This document shows positions 31,734 through 40,452 of a DNA stretch of 64,000 bases, piece after piece. Origin of the DNA: an uncultured Clostridia bacterium (GTDB taxonomy: Bacteria > Bacillota > Clostridia > TANB77 > CAG-508); contig CALXWP010000004.1 of NCBI GenBank assembly GCA_944392455.1, positions 18,870 to 82,869 on the forward strand. Reading direction: 5' to 3'. How positions within the stretch are numbered: the first letter of the stretch is position 1; every line of letters starts with the position of its first letter. Both the position numbers and the translations under genes were made by a program. Under the pieces are notes generated by a model. The model was not told the origin of the DNA, ran no database searches, and was given only the letters and a program-made list of their open reading frames with translations.

Positions 31734-31765
31734 TTGATATTTTGACCTTTCGATTTAAGTTTTAT

Positions 31766-32266
31766 TTAATAAGTAATTTTTCCCTCTAATAAATCATCAT
31801 GTTTGATCCATTCTTCAACATCTATTTCTTGATATTCTGAATCATTAATTCTAACAAAAACTTTCTTTATCCCGCTATTAATAATCATTTTCCTGCACAT
31901 TTGGCAACATCCGGGATTTTCTTCGTAATTTCCTGATTCAGTTCTATATTGTACAAGATAAAGACTTCCTCCTATCATATCTTTTCTTGCTCCACTTATA
32001 ATTGCATTTTGTTCTGCATGAACACTTCTACATGCATCATATCCAGCATGTCTTACATCTGGAAAGTATTTCTTTTTAGAACAAAATCCTAAATCAATAC
32101 AATTTTCTCTTCCTCTTGGTGCTCCACTATATCCAGTTGCAATTATTTCATCATTATTAACAATAACAGCACCTGATTTTTTTCTTAAGCAAGTACTTCT
32201 ATCAGCTACAGATTTTGCTATGTTTAAATAATAATTTACTTTATCAATTCTGTTTACCATATTCAC
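31766..32266 (-). CDS. dCMP/cytidine deaminase family protein (ComEB-like)
   Basis: Zinc-binding motifs HAEQNAI and PCxxC (GCCQMCRK). Confidence 0.8.
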   Translation of the reverse strand: MNMVNRIDKVNYYLNIAKSVADRSTCLRKKSGAVIVNNDEIIATGYSGAPRGRENCIDLGFCSKKKYFPDVRHAGYDACRSVHAEQNAIISGARKDMIGGSLYLVQYRTESGNYEENPGCCQMCRKMIINSGIKKVFVRINDSEYQEIDVEEWIKHDDLLEGKITY

Positions 32267-32446
32267 TCCTATATTTTTATTTTATATTTTTAACATTATA
32301 TCATTTAAATATTAGTGTATCAATTATTTAAAGAAAAAAAATACTATTTAGAATTTATTCCTAAATAGTATAAAAAAATAATATAAAAGTAGCTTTAAAA
32401 GCTACAAGATATTTTATTTAATTTTCAATTAGCTAAAACTATTTTA

Positions 32447-32629
32447 TTAGTTTTCTTTTTTAGCAACTACTTCTTTTCCATCATAATATCCACATGTAGG
32501 ACATACTGTATGTTGTTTTATTAATTCATGACAATGTGAACATTCAACTAAATTTTGGTTTTCTAATTTCCATGTTGATCTTCTTAAACCTGTTCTTGCT
32601 TTTGACCATCTTCTTTTTGGTTGTGCCAT
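32447..32629 (-). CDS. rpmF: 50S ribosomal protein L32
   Basis: 60 aa. MAQPKRRWSKARTGLRRS with CSHC...CPTCGYY zinc knuckles. Confidence 0.93.
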   Translation of the reverse strand: MAQPKRRWSKARTGLRRSTWKLENQNLVECSHCHELIKQHTVCPTCGYYDGKEVVAKKEN

Positions 32630-32798
32630 CTTTATTCCCTCCTCTAATAAATTATCTATTGTATATGTATTTATACTTTTTCTCTTATTTGGTACTATAA
32701 GATTATACTAACTTTTTTTTAATTTGTCAATACTAGTTACATTTTTCTTAAAATATTCATATACTAATTATATAGTTATGAAAGGAATTGATTGTTTT

Positions 32799-34646
32799 AT
32801 GTGCGGTTTTGTTGGTATAGTTAATCTTAAAGAAAATTTAGACTCTAAAAAAGATTATTTAATTTCTATGAATAATACTTTAGGCAAAAGAGGTCCTGAC
32901 GAATGTGGTTATTATACAGATTCTAATATACTTTTAGCTCATAGAAGACTTTCTGTTATTGACCCAGAAGGTGGAAAGCAACCTATGACATTTAAATATA
33001 ATGGTAATACTTATGTAATTGTATATAATGGTCAAATATATAATACTAAAGAATTAAAAGAAACTTTGATGCAAAATCATATTAAACTCGAAACACATTC
33101 AGATACAGAAATACTTTTAAAATCATATGTATTTTATAAAGAAGAGATTGTAAATAAATTAAATGGGATATTTGCATTTGCTATATGGAATGAAAAAGAA
33201 AGGAAACTATTTATAGCACGTGATCATTTTGGTGTAAAACCTTTATACTATACAATTTATGATAATAATTTAATATTTGCATCTGAAGTAAAGGCAATTT
33301 TAAAATATCCTGGAATAGAAACAATAATAGATTCTCAAGGTATTAGTGAATTATTTGGAATAGGTCCAGCTCATACTAATGGAATAACAGCATTTAAAAA
33401 CATATATGAACTTCCTCCTGCAAATTATGCTATATTTAATGAATCAGGATTTCATAAAGAACGTTATTGGAAATTAAAAAGTAAACCTCATACAGATAGT
33501 TTTGAAGAAACTTGTGATAAAGTCTTATTTTTATTAGAAGACTCAATAAAAAACCAACTTGTAAGTGATGTACCTTTATGCACTTTTCTTTCTGGAGGAT
33601 TGGATTCAAGCATAATTACTCTATATGCTTCTCAATACTATAAAGAACATAATCTCCCTACATTGAATACTTATTCTGTAGATTATATAGATAATGATAA
33701 GAATTTTCAAAAAACGGATTTTCAACCTAATTCAGATAACTATTATATTGATTTAATGAAAAATAAATTAAATACTATTCATCATGTTGTAATGCTTGAT
33801 ACACCTGAACTTGCTTCAAGTTTAGAAGATGCTATGATAGCAAGAGACTTTCCTGGTATGGCAGATGTTGACTCTTCTCTTTTATTATTCTGTAAAAATG
33901 TAAAACCTGAAGCAACTGTTACTCTAACAGGAGAATGTGCAGATGAAATATTTGGCGGATATCCATGGTTTTTTAGAGAAGATGCTTTAAATAGTGGTAC
34001 TTTTCCTTGGTCAATTGCACTTAAAGAAAGGCAACAATTATTAAATCCAGGAATTTCTAAACATATTAATTTAAAGGAATATATTAACTTTAGATATAAT
34101 GAAAGTTTAGATGATGTAGAAATATTAGATTGTGATTCAAAAGAGACTGCAGAAAAAAGAAAAATATCACATCTAACATTAAATTGGTTTATGCAAACAT
34201 TATTAGATAGATCTGATAGAATGGGAATGTATAATGGATTTGAAATTAGAGTTCCATTTTGCGACTATCGTTTAGCTGAATATGTATGGAATATACCTTG
34301 GGAAATAAAGGCATTGAATGGTAGAGAAAAAGGATTACTTAGATATATAATGAAAGATAAACTTCCAGCTGAAATAGTTGATAGAAAAAAGAGTCCATAT
34401 CCTAAAACATGGAATCCTAGCTATTTAAAAACTGTAAAAGAAATGCTTACAAAAATAATGAATAATAAAAATGCACCAATAAATAATTTATTAAATAGAG
34501 AATATATATTGCAAATATTAGAAACAGATGGAAAAGCATTTACTAGACCTTGGTTTGGTCAGCTTATGACTGGTCCTCAACTTATGGCTTATTTGTGTCA
34601 GGTTAACATGTGGCTTGAGAAATATGAGCCAAGGATTGAAATATAA
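32799..34646 (+). CDS. asnB: asparagine synthase (glutamine-hydrolysing)
   Basis: The true start gives MCGFVGIV (Ntn Cys2). Has the SGGLDSS PP-loop. The track ORF starts upstream at 32724, but the class II amidotransferase N-terminus and the AAAGGA RBS favour 32799. Confidence 0.9.
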   Translation: MCGFVGIVNLKENLDSKKDYLISMNNTLGKRGPDECGYYTDSNILLAHRRLSVIDPEGGKQPMTFKYNGNTYVIVYNGQIYNTKELKETLMQNHIKLETHSDTEILLKSYVFYKEEIVNKLNGIFAFAIWNEKERKLFIARDHFGVKPLYYTIYDNNLIFASEVKAILKYPGIETIIDSQGISELFGIGPAHTNGITAFKNIYELPPANYAIFNESGFHKERYWKLKSKPHTDSFEETCDKVLFLLEDSIKNQLVSDVPLCTFLSGGLDSSIITLYASQYYKEHNLPTLNTYSVDYIDNDKNFQKTDFQPNSDNYYIDLMKNKLNTIHHVVMLDTPELASSLEDAMIARDFPGMADVDSSLLLFCKNVKPEATVTLTGECADEIFGGYPWFFREDALNSGTFPWSIALKERQQLLNPGISKHINLKEYINFRYNESLDDVEILDCDSKETAEKRKISHLTLNWFMQTLLDRSDRMGMYNGFEIRVPFCDYRLAEYVWNIPWEIKALNGREKGLLRYIMKDKLPAEIVDRKKSPYPKTWNPSYLKTVKEMLTKIMNNKNAPINNLLNREYILQILETDGKAFTRPWFGQLMTGPQLMAYLCQVNMWLEKYEPRIEI

Positions 34647-34650
34647 TAAA

Positions 34651-34680
34651 CTTTATGGTCGCAAATTGCGACCATTAAAG
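34651..34680. terminator. GC-rich palindrome between the convergent asnB and ORF6N genes (bidirectional terminator candidate); core GGTCGCAAATTGCGACC
   Basis: CTTTATGGTCGCAA/TTGCGACCATTAAAG arms. The 17-nt core (34657-34673) is identical to 35451-35467 inside the ORF6N CDS. Confidence 0.55.
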
Positions 34681-34760
34681 CTTATGTTATCCTTTTATTG
34701 TTTAAAACATTTTCGTAACATCACAAAAGGTTCTTTCTGTTGTATATTAGCATCTTTTCT

Positions 34761-35711
34761 CTATCCATATTCACTAATTATATTTATATATTCTTGATCA
34801 TCTATCTTAGAAATTGCAAAACATTTTTTTCCTAAATCTTTCAAAGAAGCACCCACATGATATAATTCTTTGTTATCTATTACAATAAATCTATCATGAA
34901 ATTTATTGGTATATGCTAATTTTAATACTGGATACTGCTTATTAAATTTTTGAATATCCAATTTTCTTATATTGCTATTCTGTGTCGTTAATATTACTAC
35001 TTCTACATCTTTATTTTTCCTTGATAACATTTTCAAAATACTATCATCTATGTAATTGTCTATGATTAAAATTTTTTGTTTTGCTCTCTTTATAATATCT
35101 ATAATCAAACTATATGCATCGTAAATCTGTCCATCAAAAAATATATTTTGTTTAAATCCTTTTTTTTCATTTTTTTGAAGTTCATCAAAAACTTTTTCAA
35201 ATTTCTTTTCATGTTCTGTTAACATTTTATTTTGATTCAACACCCTATATTCTATTCTAGTCAGTCTTTCAAATACTTGTCCATTGGTTGCTATAAATCT
35301 CCTCATCTCAACAAAAGCATTCATTATATTTATACTTACTTGAATTGCAATATCATTTTTTAGCAAACCTGAAAGCATAGCAATTCCTTGTTCTGTAAAA
35401 ACATATGGCAAATATCTTCTACCTCCATAATTTTCTTTTTCTAAACTTGAGGTCGCAAATTGCGACCTCAAGTTTTCTGCTTCAATTTCAGTTAATTTAA
35501 AGCAAAAATTTTCAGGAAATCTCTCAATGTTTCTTCTTACTGCTTCATTTATACGTTTAGTTGGATAATGATATAACATAGCCACATCACTATATAACAT
35601 TACTTGTTTTCCTCTAATTGTATAAATTAAATTTTTTATTTTTTCTGTTTCATATTTTTCTACATCTGATTCTTTATTTACTAAAATAACATTATCATTT
35701 TCTTTTTCCAT
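34761..35711 (-). CDS. ORF6N (KilA-N-like DNA-binding) domain protein with a C-terminal HDRFIVID...GASLKDLGKK domain
   Basis: The N-terminal half has IRGKQVMLYSDVAMLY, FPENFCFKLT, LRSQFATSS, YVFTEQGIAMLS and MRRF, which are characteristic of ORF6N. Start chosen at the ATG 35709-35711. Confidence 0.7.
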   Translation of the reverse strand: MEKENDNVILVNKESDVEKYETEKIKNLIYTIRGKQVMLYSDVAMLYHYPTKRINEAVRRNIERFPENFCFKLTEIEAENLRSQFATSSLEKENYGGRRYLPYVFTEQGIAMLSGLLKNDIAIQVSINIMNAFVEMRRFIATNGQVFERLTRIEYRVLNQNKMLTEHEKKFEKVFDELQKNEKKGFKQNIFFDGQIYDAYSLIIDIIKRAKQKILIIDNYIDDSILKMLSRKNKDVEVVILTTQNSNIRKLDIQKFNKQYPVLKLAYTNKFHDRFIVIDNKELYHVGASLKDLGKKCFAISKIDDQEYINIISEYG

Positions 35712-36132
35712 AACTATCACTTTCCTTGTAATATAACTCATAATAGCATATTTATATCGTTTATTATTTTATTTTTAGTACATTTATTACAATTTTTATG
35801 ATATTATTGTATGATATATTTTAAAACACTTGTTTGTTATTGTCAAGTATCTTTTCCTACATTCTACTTATCTAAATCATTTAATTTCATAAGTTTTAAT
35901 ATATATTATATCTAAAATTAATATATACAATGTTTTGAAGGTCGCCGAAGCTGCGACCTTCCTCTTATAATAATTCAATTACTTTATCCCATGGGATAAA
36001 AATTATCGCCAATCCCAATACCATAAGTACTAGTGCAGCTCCTTCTTCATTTCTCCATGCTAGAATTCCTGCGACTAGTCTTTTTTAACTATATTTGTTT
36101 ATTTAATTTACTTACTAAAAAATAGGAAGCCT

Positions 36133-36414
36133 TCAATGGCTTCCCTTTCTTTGAGCTAAAAAATATTTCGGAATTAGAACTCTCATCATGATTATCTGCT
36201 GAAGAACTATACCATATATATCTTCATATTCATGGTTATTCTCAAGCATTCTTGTCTTCTCTGCATATGCTTGAGAATACAAGTTCATGAACATATACTG
36301 TATTTCTACAGCATTATTTATATCCACGTCCTTAACAATCTTTGAAAGTTGAACAGCAGTTAATCCTCTCTCCTTCCGAAGAGCTCTTAATATCTCTCCA
36401 AAATTATTTGGCAT
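36133..36414 (-). CDS. short protein with an XRE-type HTH beginning only (possible remnant)
   Basis: The N-terminus EILRALRKERGLTAVQLSK resembles helix 1-2 of the XRE family, but the remainder is unrelated. It has its own terminator overlapping the stop codon (36126-36150). Confidence 0.4.
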   Translation of the reverse strand: MPNNFGEILRALRKERGLTAVQLSKIVKDVDINNAVEIQYMFMNLYSQAYAEKTRMLENNHEYEDIYGIVLQQIIMMRVLIPKYFLAQRKGSH

Positions 36415-36576
36415 AATATCATCCCTCCTACTTATTTTTATTCCTATATATTATATCTTATAGGTTACATAATGTAAATCTGATAATTTTATACATATAT
36501 ATTTTTAAATAAAAATCACTCAATAATATAAAAATAGAACGAATCAATTAAGCAGTAAATTAATTCGTTCTATTAT

Positions 36577-37389
36577 TTATTCTTCCTTTTTTCTACCTAT
36601 GACAGCAAATCTACCATTCTCAGTATGGTATGAACATGTAGATAAAGTAATTAATTGATCTGGATATTCCACTTCAATTCCTGTTTCATAAATTGCACTT
36701 TTCTTTGCACTTTGAATAAATTCATTATATTCTTCTTCATTCTCTGTATCTATAAATTGATAATATCTAAAAACATTTTCTTCTGATTCATAATACACTC
36801 TTGATTTAAATACTGATAATATTTCATATTCTGAATCCTCTTCAGTAGTTGTATATCTAATAATTGGGTGTGTTTTATAAAACTCCTCGTCCGAATATTT
36901 TAATAAATCTTTAAACATCTCTCCTGTTATTAAATTATGACCATATATTAATAAATTATTACTAGGTTTGTCTAATTCATATCTATAATCTAAAAAAATT
37001 GATCCTTTTTCTGATTTTTCTTTTTTATAATTATGTGACATATAATAATCATTATCATCACCCTGTAAAACTGGATAATTTATTTTTGTACCTTCTATTT
37101 GGATCCAACCAACTATATCTTTATACTGCTTATTTAATTCTTTTACTTTTTCTATCCTTTCTTTTTTCTCATTATTTGCCTTTTCTTTTTCAGATATTTT
37201 ACTATTATTATAACTAATATTGTTTTCTAATATTATATCATTTAATAAACTACTTTCTTCTATAGCTTCTTTTTTTAATAATAAATACTTAAAAATATAG
37301 CATAATGATAAAATAATTATAAAAAGAAGAAAAATATAAACAATAGCTTTACATGAAATTCTACTACTTTCATTAATATTTTTATTCAT
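36577..37389 (-). CDS. class B-like sortase
   Basis: TM anchor, DIVGWIQIEGTKINYPVLQG, YGHN (His), TLSTCSY (Cys) and RFAVIGRK (Arg). Confidence 0.8.
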   Translation of the reverse strand: MNKNINESSRISCKAIVYIFLLFIIILSLCYIFKYLLLKKEAIEESSLLNDIILENNISYNNSKISEKEKANNEKKERIEKVKELNKQYKDIVGWIQIEGTKINYPVLQGDDNDYYMSHNYKKEKSEKGSIFLDYRYELDKPSNNLLIYGHNLITGEMFKDLLKYSDEEFYKTHPIIRYTTTEEDSEYEILSVFKSRVYYESEENVFRYYQFIDTENEEEYNEFIQSAKKSAIYETGIEVEYPDQLITLSTCSYHTENGRFAVIGRKKEE

Positions 37390-37434
37390 AAATTGAATCC
37401 ATAATTATATATTAAAAGAATAGACTTTTTAAGT

Positions 37435-38571
37435 CTATCCTATTTTATCTCTTTTCCTCATAAATATTACAATTATTGCTGAAAATATTATAGCAAGTAA
37501 AGCTATTCCTAAATAACTCTTGGTTCCTGTCTTAGGTGTTTCATCACTTTCTCCTTTATTTTGTTCTGTATCTATTACAACATTTTCATTATCATTATCT
37601 TGAGTCTGTGTAATTTTAGCATATATAGTTGTATCAGAGCTTATATTAGTATTAAAATCAAATTCGTTTTTATATTCTTCATCTAAGAAAAATCCATCTA
37701 CTTTATATCCATCTTCTAATACTATGTGAGATTCTAATAATTCTTTTGTTATTTTCTCATCTTTATTTACAGTTATTCTCTTTGTTTCATCATTAACTAC
37801 TAATGAAATTATAACTTTTTCTTGATCAGAATTTGCAGTAACACTTCCAGGCACATCTGATTCTGCAATTACATTATTATTTTCATCTGTTAAAACGACT
37901 TTATCACCTGCAATAACAACTTTATTTGTCGTATTTTCAGTGTTAGTCACTGTAAATTCAGTCATATATCCATTATCAGCTGGTCTAACTACATTTTCTT
38001 TTGATTCAGATGTTAAAGTTCCGTTCATAGTTAATGTAGGATTATTAGTTGCAGATGCTCCTTTATCAATTTCTATACCATTATTTGCTCCTGTACCATT
38101 AAAACCCAAATGCAAGTCTCTTACTTCAACATTACCACCATTTACCAAAACTCCTCCATATCTAAAACCTGTTATTGATACATCTTCTAATATTACAGTT
38201 GCTCCATCATATGCTTGTACTCCATATTTAGGACCATTATTTAAATCTATATTTCTTAATGTTAATTTTCCTTCAGTAAACTGAGCTGTAAACATTGTTT
38301 GATTTCCTGATGTAGATGTCCAATCACTTGAACCTGATATTGTATATCCATTACCATCTATTATTAATTCTTTTTGAATTACTATAGGTTTATTTATTGT
38401 TATATTGTTTTCTATTTCGATAGTATCACCACTATTAGCACTTGAAATAACACTATTTAAAGATTCTTCATCATTTGCATTTAATGTTGCAGCATTACTT
38501 ATATTTGGTAATATAAATAAAATTGCAAAAAATAGAATAAATAGAATTGTTAGTTTTAATTTATTTTTCAT
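37435..38571 (-). CDS. cell-wall-anchored surface protein (beta-helix-like repeats) with a C-terminal sorting signal
   Basis: Signal peptide, then repeats of the GxxVxxxDVxI type. The C-terminal TPKTG motif is followed by a hydrophobic helix and an RKRDK tail. Confidence 0.7.
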   Translation of the reverse strand: MKNKLKLTILFILFFAILFILPNISNAATLNANDEESLNSVISSANSGDTIEIENNITINKPIVIQKELIIDGNGYTISGSSDWTSTSGNQTMFTAQFTEGKLTLRNIDLNNGPKYGVQAYDGATVILEDVSITGFRYGGVLVNGGNVEVRDLHLGFNGTGANNGIEIDKGASATNNPTLTMNGTLTSESKENVVRPADNGYMTEFTVTNTENTTNKVVIAGDKVVLTDENNNVIAESDVPGSVTANSDQEKVIISLVVNDETKRITVNKDEKITKELLESHIVLEDGYKVDGFFLDEEYKNEFDFNTNISSDTTIYAKITQTQDNDNENVVIDTEQNKGESDETPKTGTKSYLGIALLAIIFSAIIVIFMRKRDKIG

Positions 38572-38672
38572 TTTATACCTCCTTACTCAATTTTATTTTT
38601 TCCAATAAAAATTTTTTTATTTATATTTTTTTTTATTTTTAATAACAAAATTTTACAAATAAAAATATAAAA

Positions 38673-38790
38673 TAAAAAATATAAGAAAAGTGGCTTTGCC
38701 ACATGTGCGTTTTGCTTCGCAAATACGCACAACCAAGGTAACTTAACCTTGTTGCTCCGGAAATTTCTTGCGAAATTTCCTATGCAATAA
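38673..38790 (-). ncRNA. structured element copy A: four consecutive hairpins ending in a hairpin plus U-run (candidate sRNA, leader or REP-like repeat)
   Basis: Minus strand, in order:
- UUAUUGCAUA.
- H1: GGAAAUUUC-GCAA-GAAAUUUCC (38759-38780).
- H2: CAACAAGGU...ACCUUGGUUG (38730-38754).
- H3: GUGCGUAUUUGC-GAA-GCAAAACGCAC (38705-38730).
- H4: GUGGC-AAA-GCCAC (38690-38702), then UUUUCUUAU.
A homologous copy lies at 45171-45340. Confidence 0.5.
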
Positions 38791-38818
38791 AAAATAGAGG
38801 CGCTAAATAAAGCGCCCT
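38787..38818 (-). terminator. rho-independent terminator of the 106-aa island gene
   Basis: Minus strand: GGGCGCT-ttattt-AGCGCC(TC) followed by TATTTTTTATT. Confidence 0.7.
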
Positions 38819-38838
38819 GATAATCAAAAAAGGTATAT

Positions 38839-39159
38839 TTAATCTGTAAATTCATGTGGATTAGAAGAAAGTTCAACTTTCCATATTTCACCCATTTTTC
38901 CACCATCAACTCTAGCGGCACACAGGTCTGGATATAGTTCAGCCTCAACCAGTCTTCGTGCAATGCGATAGCCACAATCATCGCCGCCTTCTTGTTTGCA
39001 GTCAACTATTATGTCTACTATTTGCTGCTTGTCTGGTATTAAAGCATCTGATATTACCGAGATATATAAATCTTTACTTACAGCTAATACATCTCGGTAT
39101 TTCTCCCGTTCCACCTTTTCTTTTCCTTTTGGAAAGCATCCAAAAAATTTTTTAATCAT
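38839..39159 (-). CDS. 106-aa hypothetical protein (partner of the radical SAM gene; GC-rich island)
   Basis: Start chosen at the ATG 39157-39159 (MIKKFFGCFPKG), with a GGAGGT RBS at 39169-39174. It has four Cys, uses an in-frame CGG codon, and has its own promoter-like motif and terminator. Confidence 0.6.
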   Translation of the reverse strand: MIKKFFGCFPKGKEKVEREKYRDVLAVSKDLYISVISDALIPDKQQIVDIIVDCKQEGGDDCGYRIARRLVEAELYPDLCAARVDGGKMGEIWKVELSSNPHEFTD

Positions 39160-39200
39160 AAAGTCTATACCTCCTTGTATTTGATATATATATTTTATCA

Positions 39201-39217
39201 TTTATGTAAATTTAAGT
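39201..39217 (-). promoter_or_regulatory. 17-mer ACTTAAATTTACATAAA (contains a -35-like TTTACA) upstream of the 106-aa gene
   Basis: Identical to the 17-mer at 40436-40452 upstream of the radical SAM gene. The -10 here is poor. Confidence 0.45.
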
Positions 39218-39241
39218 CAATTTTATATGGTTTCAGATAGT

Positions 39242-39285
39242 AAATAAAAATACCCCTTCAGGACCATTTGACCGGTCCCAAAGAG
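39242..39285 (-). terminator. rho-independent terminator of the radical SAM gene
   Basis: Minus strand: CUCUUUGGGACC-loop-GGUCCUGAAGGGG (with G-U pairs) followed by UAUUUUUAUUU. Confidence 0.6.
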
Positions 39286-39312
39286 ATTTTAACAGTACAC
39301 TGCATGGATTTC

Positions 39313-40377
39313 TTACAACTTCTTACCGCAAGACCAATCAGAGAACAAATCTCCATTTGGCATAGCAGAATAATTGTAAGTGCGCCTTTTGGCACTCTTC
39401 CAATATGCGCGGAGCAGATCTTCAGGAATATACTCCTTAAAAGATACAGTCATCTTTCTTCCTACAACTGCCTCTGCTTTCACGGATGGAATCATATCTT
39501 CCATTCCCATAAGGCTCATTACGAGCTGAAGTTCTGGAGGAAGAAATGTTCCTTCCACTTCTTTTTTGGTTTCAATGATTCCATCAAAGGTTGTGAGCTT
39601 AAAACCCGCACTAAAAGCAATCGGTTTATCTGACTCAAAACCTCTTTCGCTAAGTTCCTTCATAGCCTTCTGAAAGATCTTCGGATCACAGCTTAAGTTT
39701 TCTTTTGCCAAATCCGGTGTTACATCATCCTGGAAGTTACTGAACATTACATTAGTAATTCCAAGTTTTGCAGCCCACTGAATGTATTCAATCACGTCTT
39801 CAAGGGTATTTATACCACCTTTCTGGCACAGACAAGAAAGCTGAATTTTTTTCTTCATAGAATGGCATATTTCTTCCAAATCTTCTGAAGAAAGAAGCTC
39901 CTCATTGCTCCTTGGCCGGAAGATACTTTTGTTAATCTCATCATCATAGTGATAACGTGAAAAGATTATTGTCTGGAATCTTCTGCAAGTCGCACAATTG
40001 TGATCCAGTTCCTCTAAAAAGAGCTCTCTTGCTCCATTTGTTACAATAGAATAGTAAGTTACCTTCTCGTCGTCATCTTCCTCGTCGAAATTAGCTTCCA
40101 TTTCATTTCTCATATCTAGTTCGGTAATGAGTCTCCAGATCTTATCGATCTTATATAACGGCTCGCCACCTCCAAATACGATATGACGGAACTGTTTGTA
40201 GTTCTTTTTCAGAACTTCATCCAGTATGTACCTCTTGCTCTGCATTTCGTCATCACTGAAAACCTTATTCCGACAGCACTGGCAATTGCATTGACAATAT
40301 CCATCATAAGTCACATAGAGCTGTTTTTGTTCTGTACGTCCTAACCGTCTATGTATCCTCTGAAAATCTTTTGACAT
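39313..40377 (-). CDS. radical SAM enzyme of unassigned subfamily
   Basis: Has the CX3CX2C cluster embedded in CQCNCQCC (YVTYDGYCQCNCQCCRN) and the GGGEPL SAM-binding motif. No SPASM-type C-terminal Cys cluster is obvious. GC-rich, with at least three in-frame CGG codons. Confidence 0.7.
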   Translation of the reverse strand: MSKDFQRIHRRLGRTEQKQLYVTYDGYCQCNCQCCRNKVFSDDEMQSKRYILDEVLKKNYKQFRHIVFGGGEPLYKIDKIWRLITELDMRNEMEANFDEEDDDEKVTYYSIVTNGARELFLEELDHNCATCRRFQTIIFSRYHYDDEINKSIFRPRSNEELLSSEDLEEICHSMKKKIQLSCLCQKGGINTLEDVIEYIQWAAKLGITNVMFSNFQDDVTPDLAKENLSCDPKIFQKAMKELSERGFESDKPIAFSAGFKLTTFDGIIETKKEVEGTFLPPELQLVMSLMGMEDMIPSVKAEAVVGRKMTVSFKEYIPEDLLRAYWKSAKRRTYNYSAMPNGDLFSDWSCGKKL

Positions 40378-40416
40378 AATTTAATGTCCTCCTTTTTATT
40401 TTATTGTACAACTTAT

Positions 40417-40452
40417 ATTATACCATATTTTTGAATTTATGTAAATTTAAGT
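40417..40452 (-). promoter_or_regulatory. strong sigma-A type promoter of the radical SAM gene, including the shared 17-mer
   Basis: Minus strand: TTTACA (40440-40445), 17-nt spacer, TGgTATAAT (40417-40425). Confidence 0.6.

Noticed and set aside
38673-38790. Element A as a c-di-GMP riboswitch (class I or II), prompted by its position upstream of a sortase-anchored adhesin as in Clostridioides difficile
   Set aside because: It shows only fragmentary resemblance (ACGCACA, GGCAAAGCC). The tetraloop/receptor arrangement of class I is absent, as is the UGGGCAC...GUGCAACCG core of class II. Copy B is not upstream of any gene in its orientation.
38583-39005. 140-aa minus-strand ORF in the track spanning the structured element A and the 3' end of the 106-aa gene
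   Set aside because: It overlaps a better-supported CDS in another frame. It runs through a terminator and four hairpins and then through pure AT-rich spacer. It has no RBS and a low-complexity K/I/F-rich tail. I judge it spurious.
39160-39201. Longer N-terminal extension (MIKYIYQIQGGIDF) of the 106-aa island protein. Similar extensions appear in the track for der, ppdK, polC, asnB, the ArsR regulator, natB-like and others.
   Set aside because: In each case an internal ATG is preceded at 6-11 nt by a strong GGAGG-type RBS and yields the canonical family N-terminus. The upstream ATG lacks an RBS or lies inside promoter sequence.
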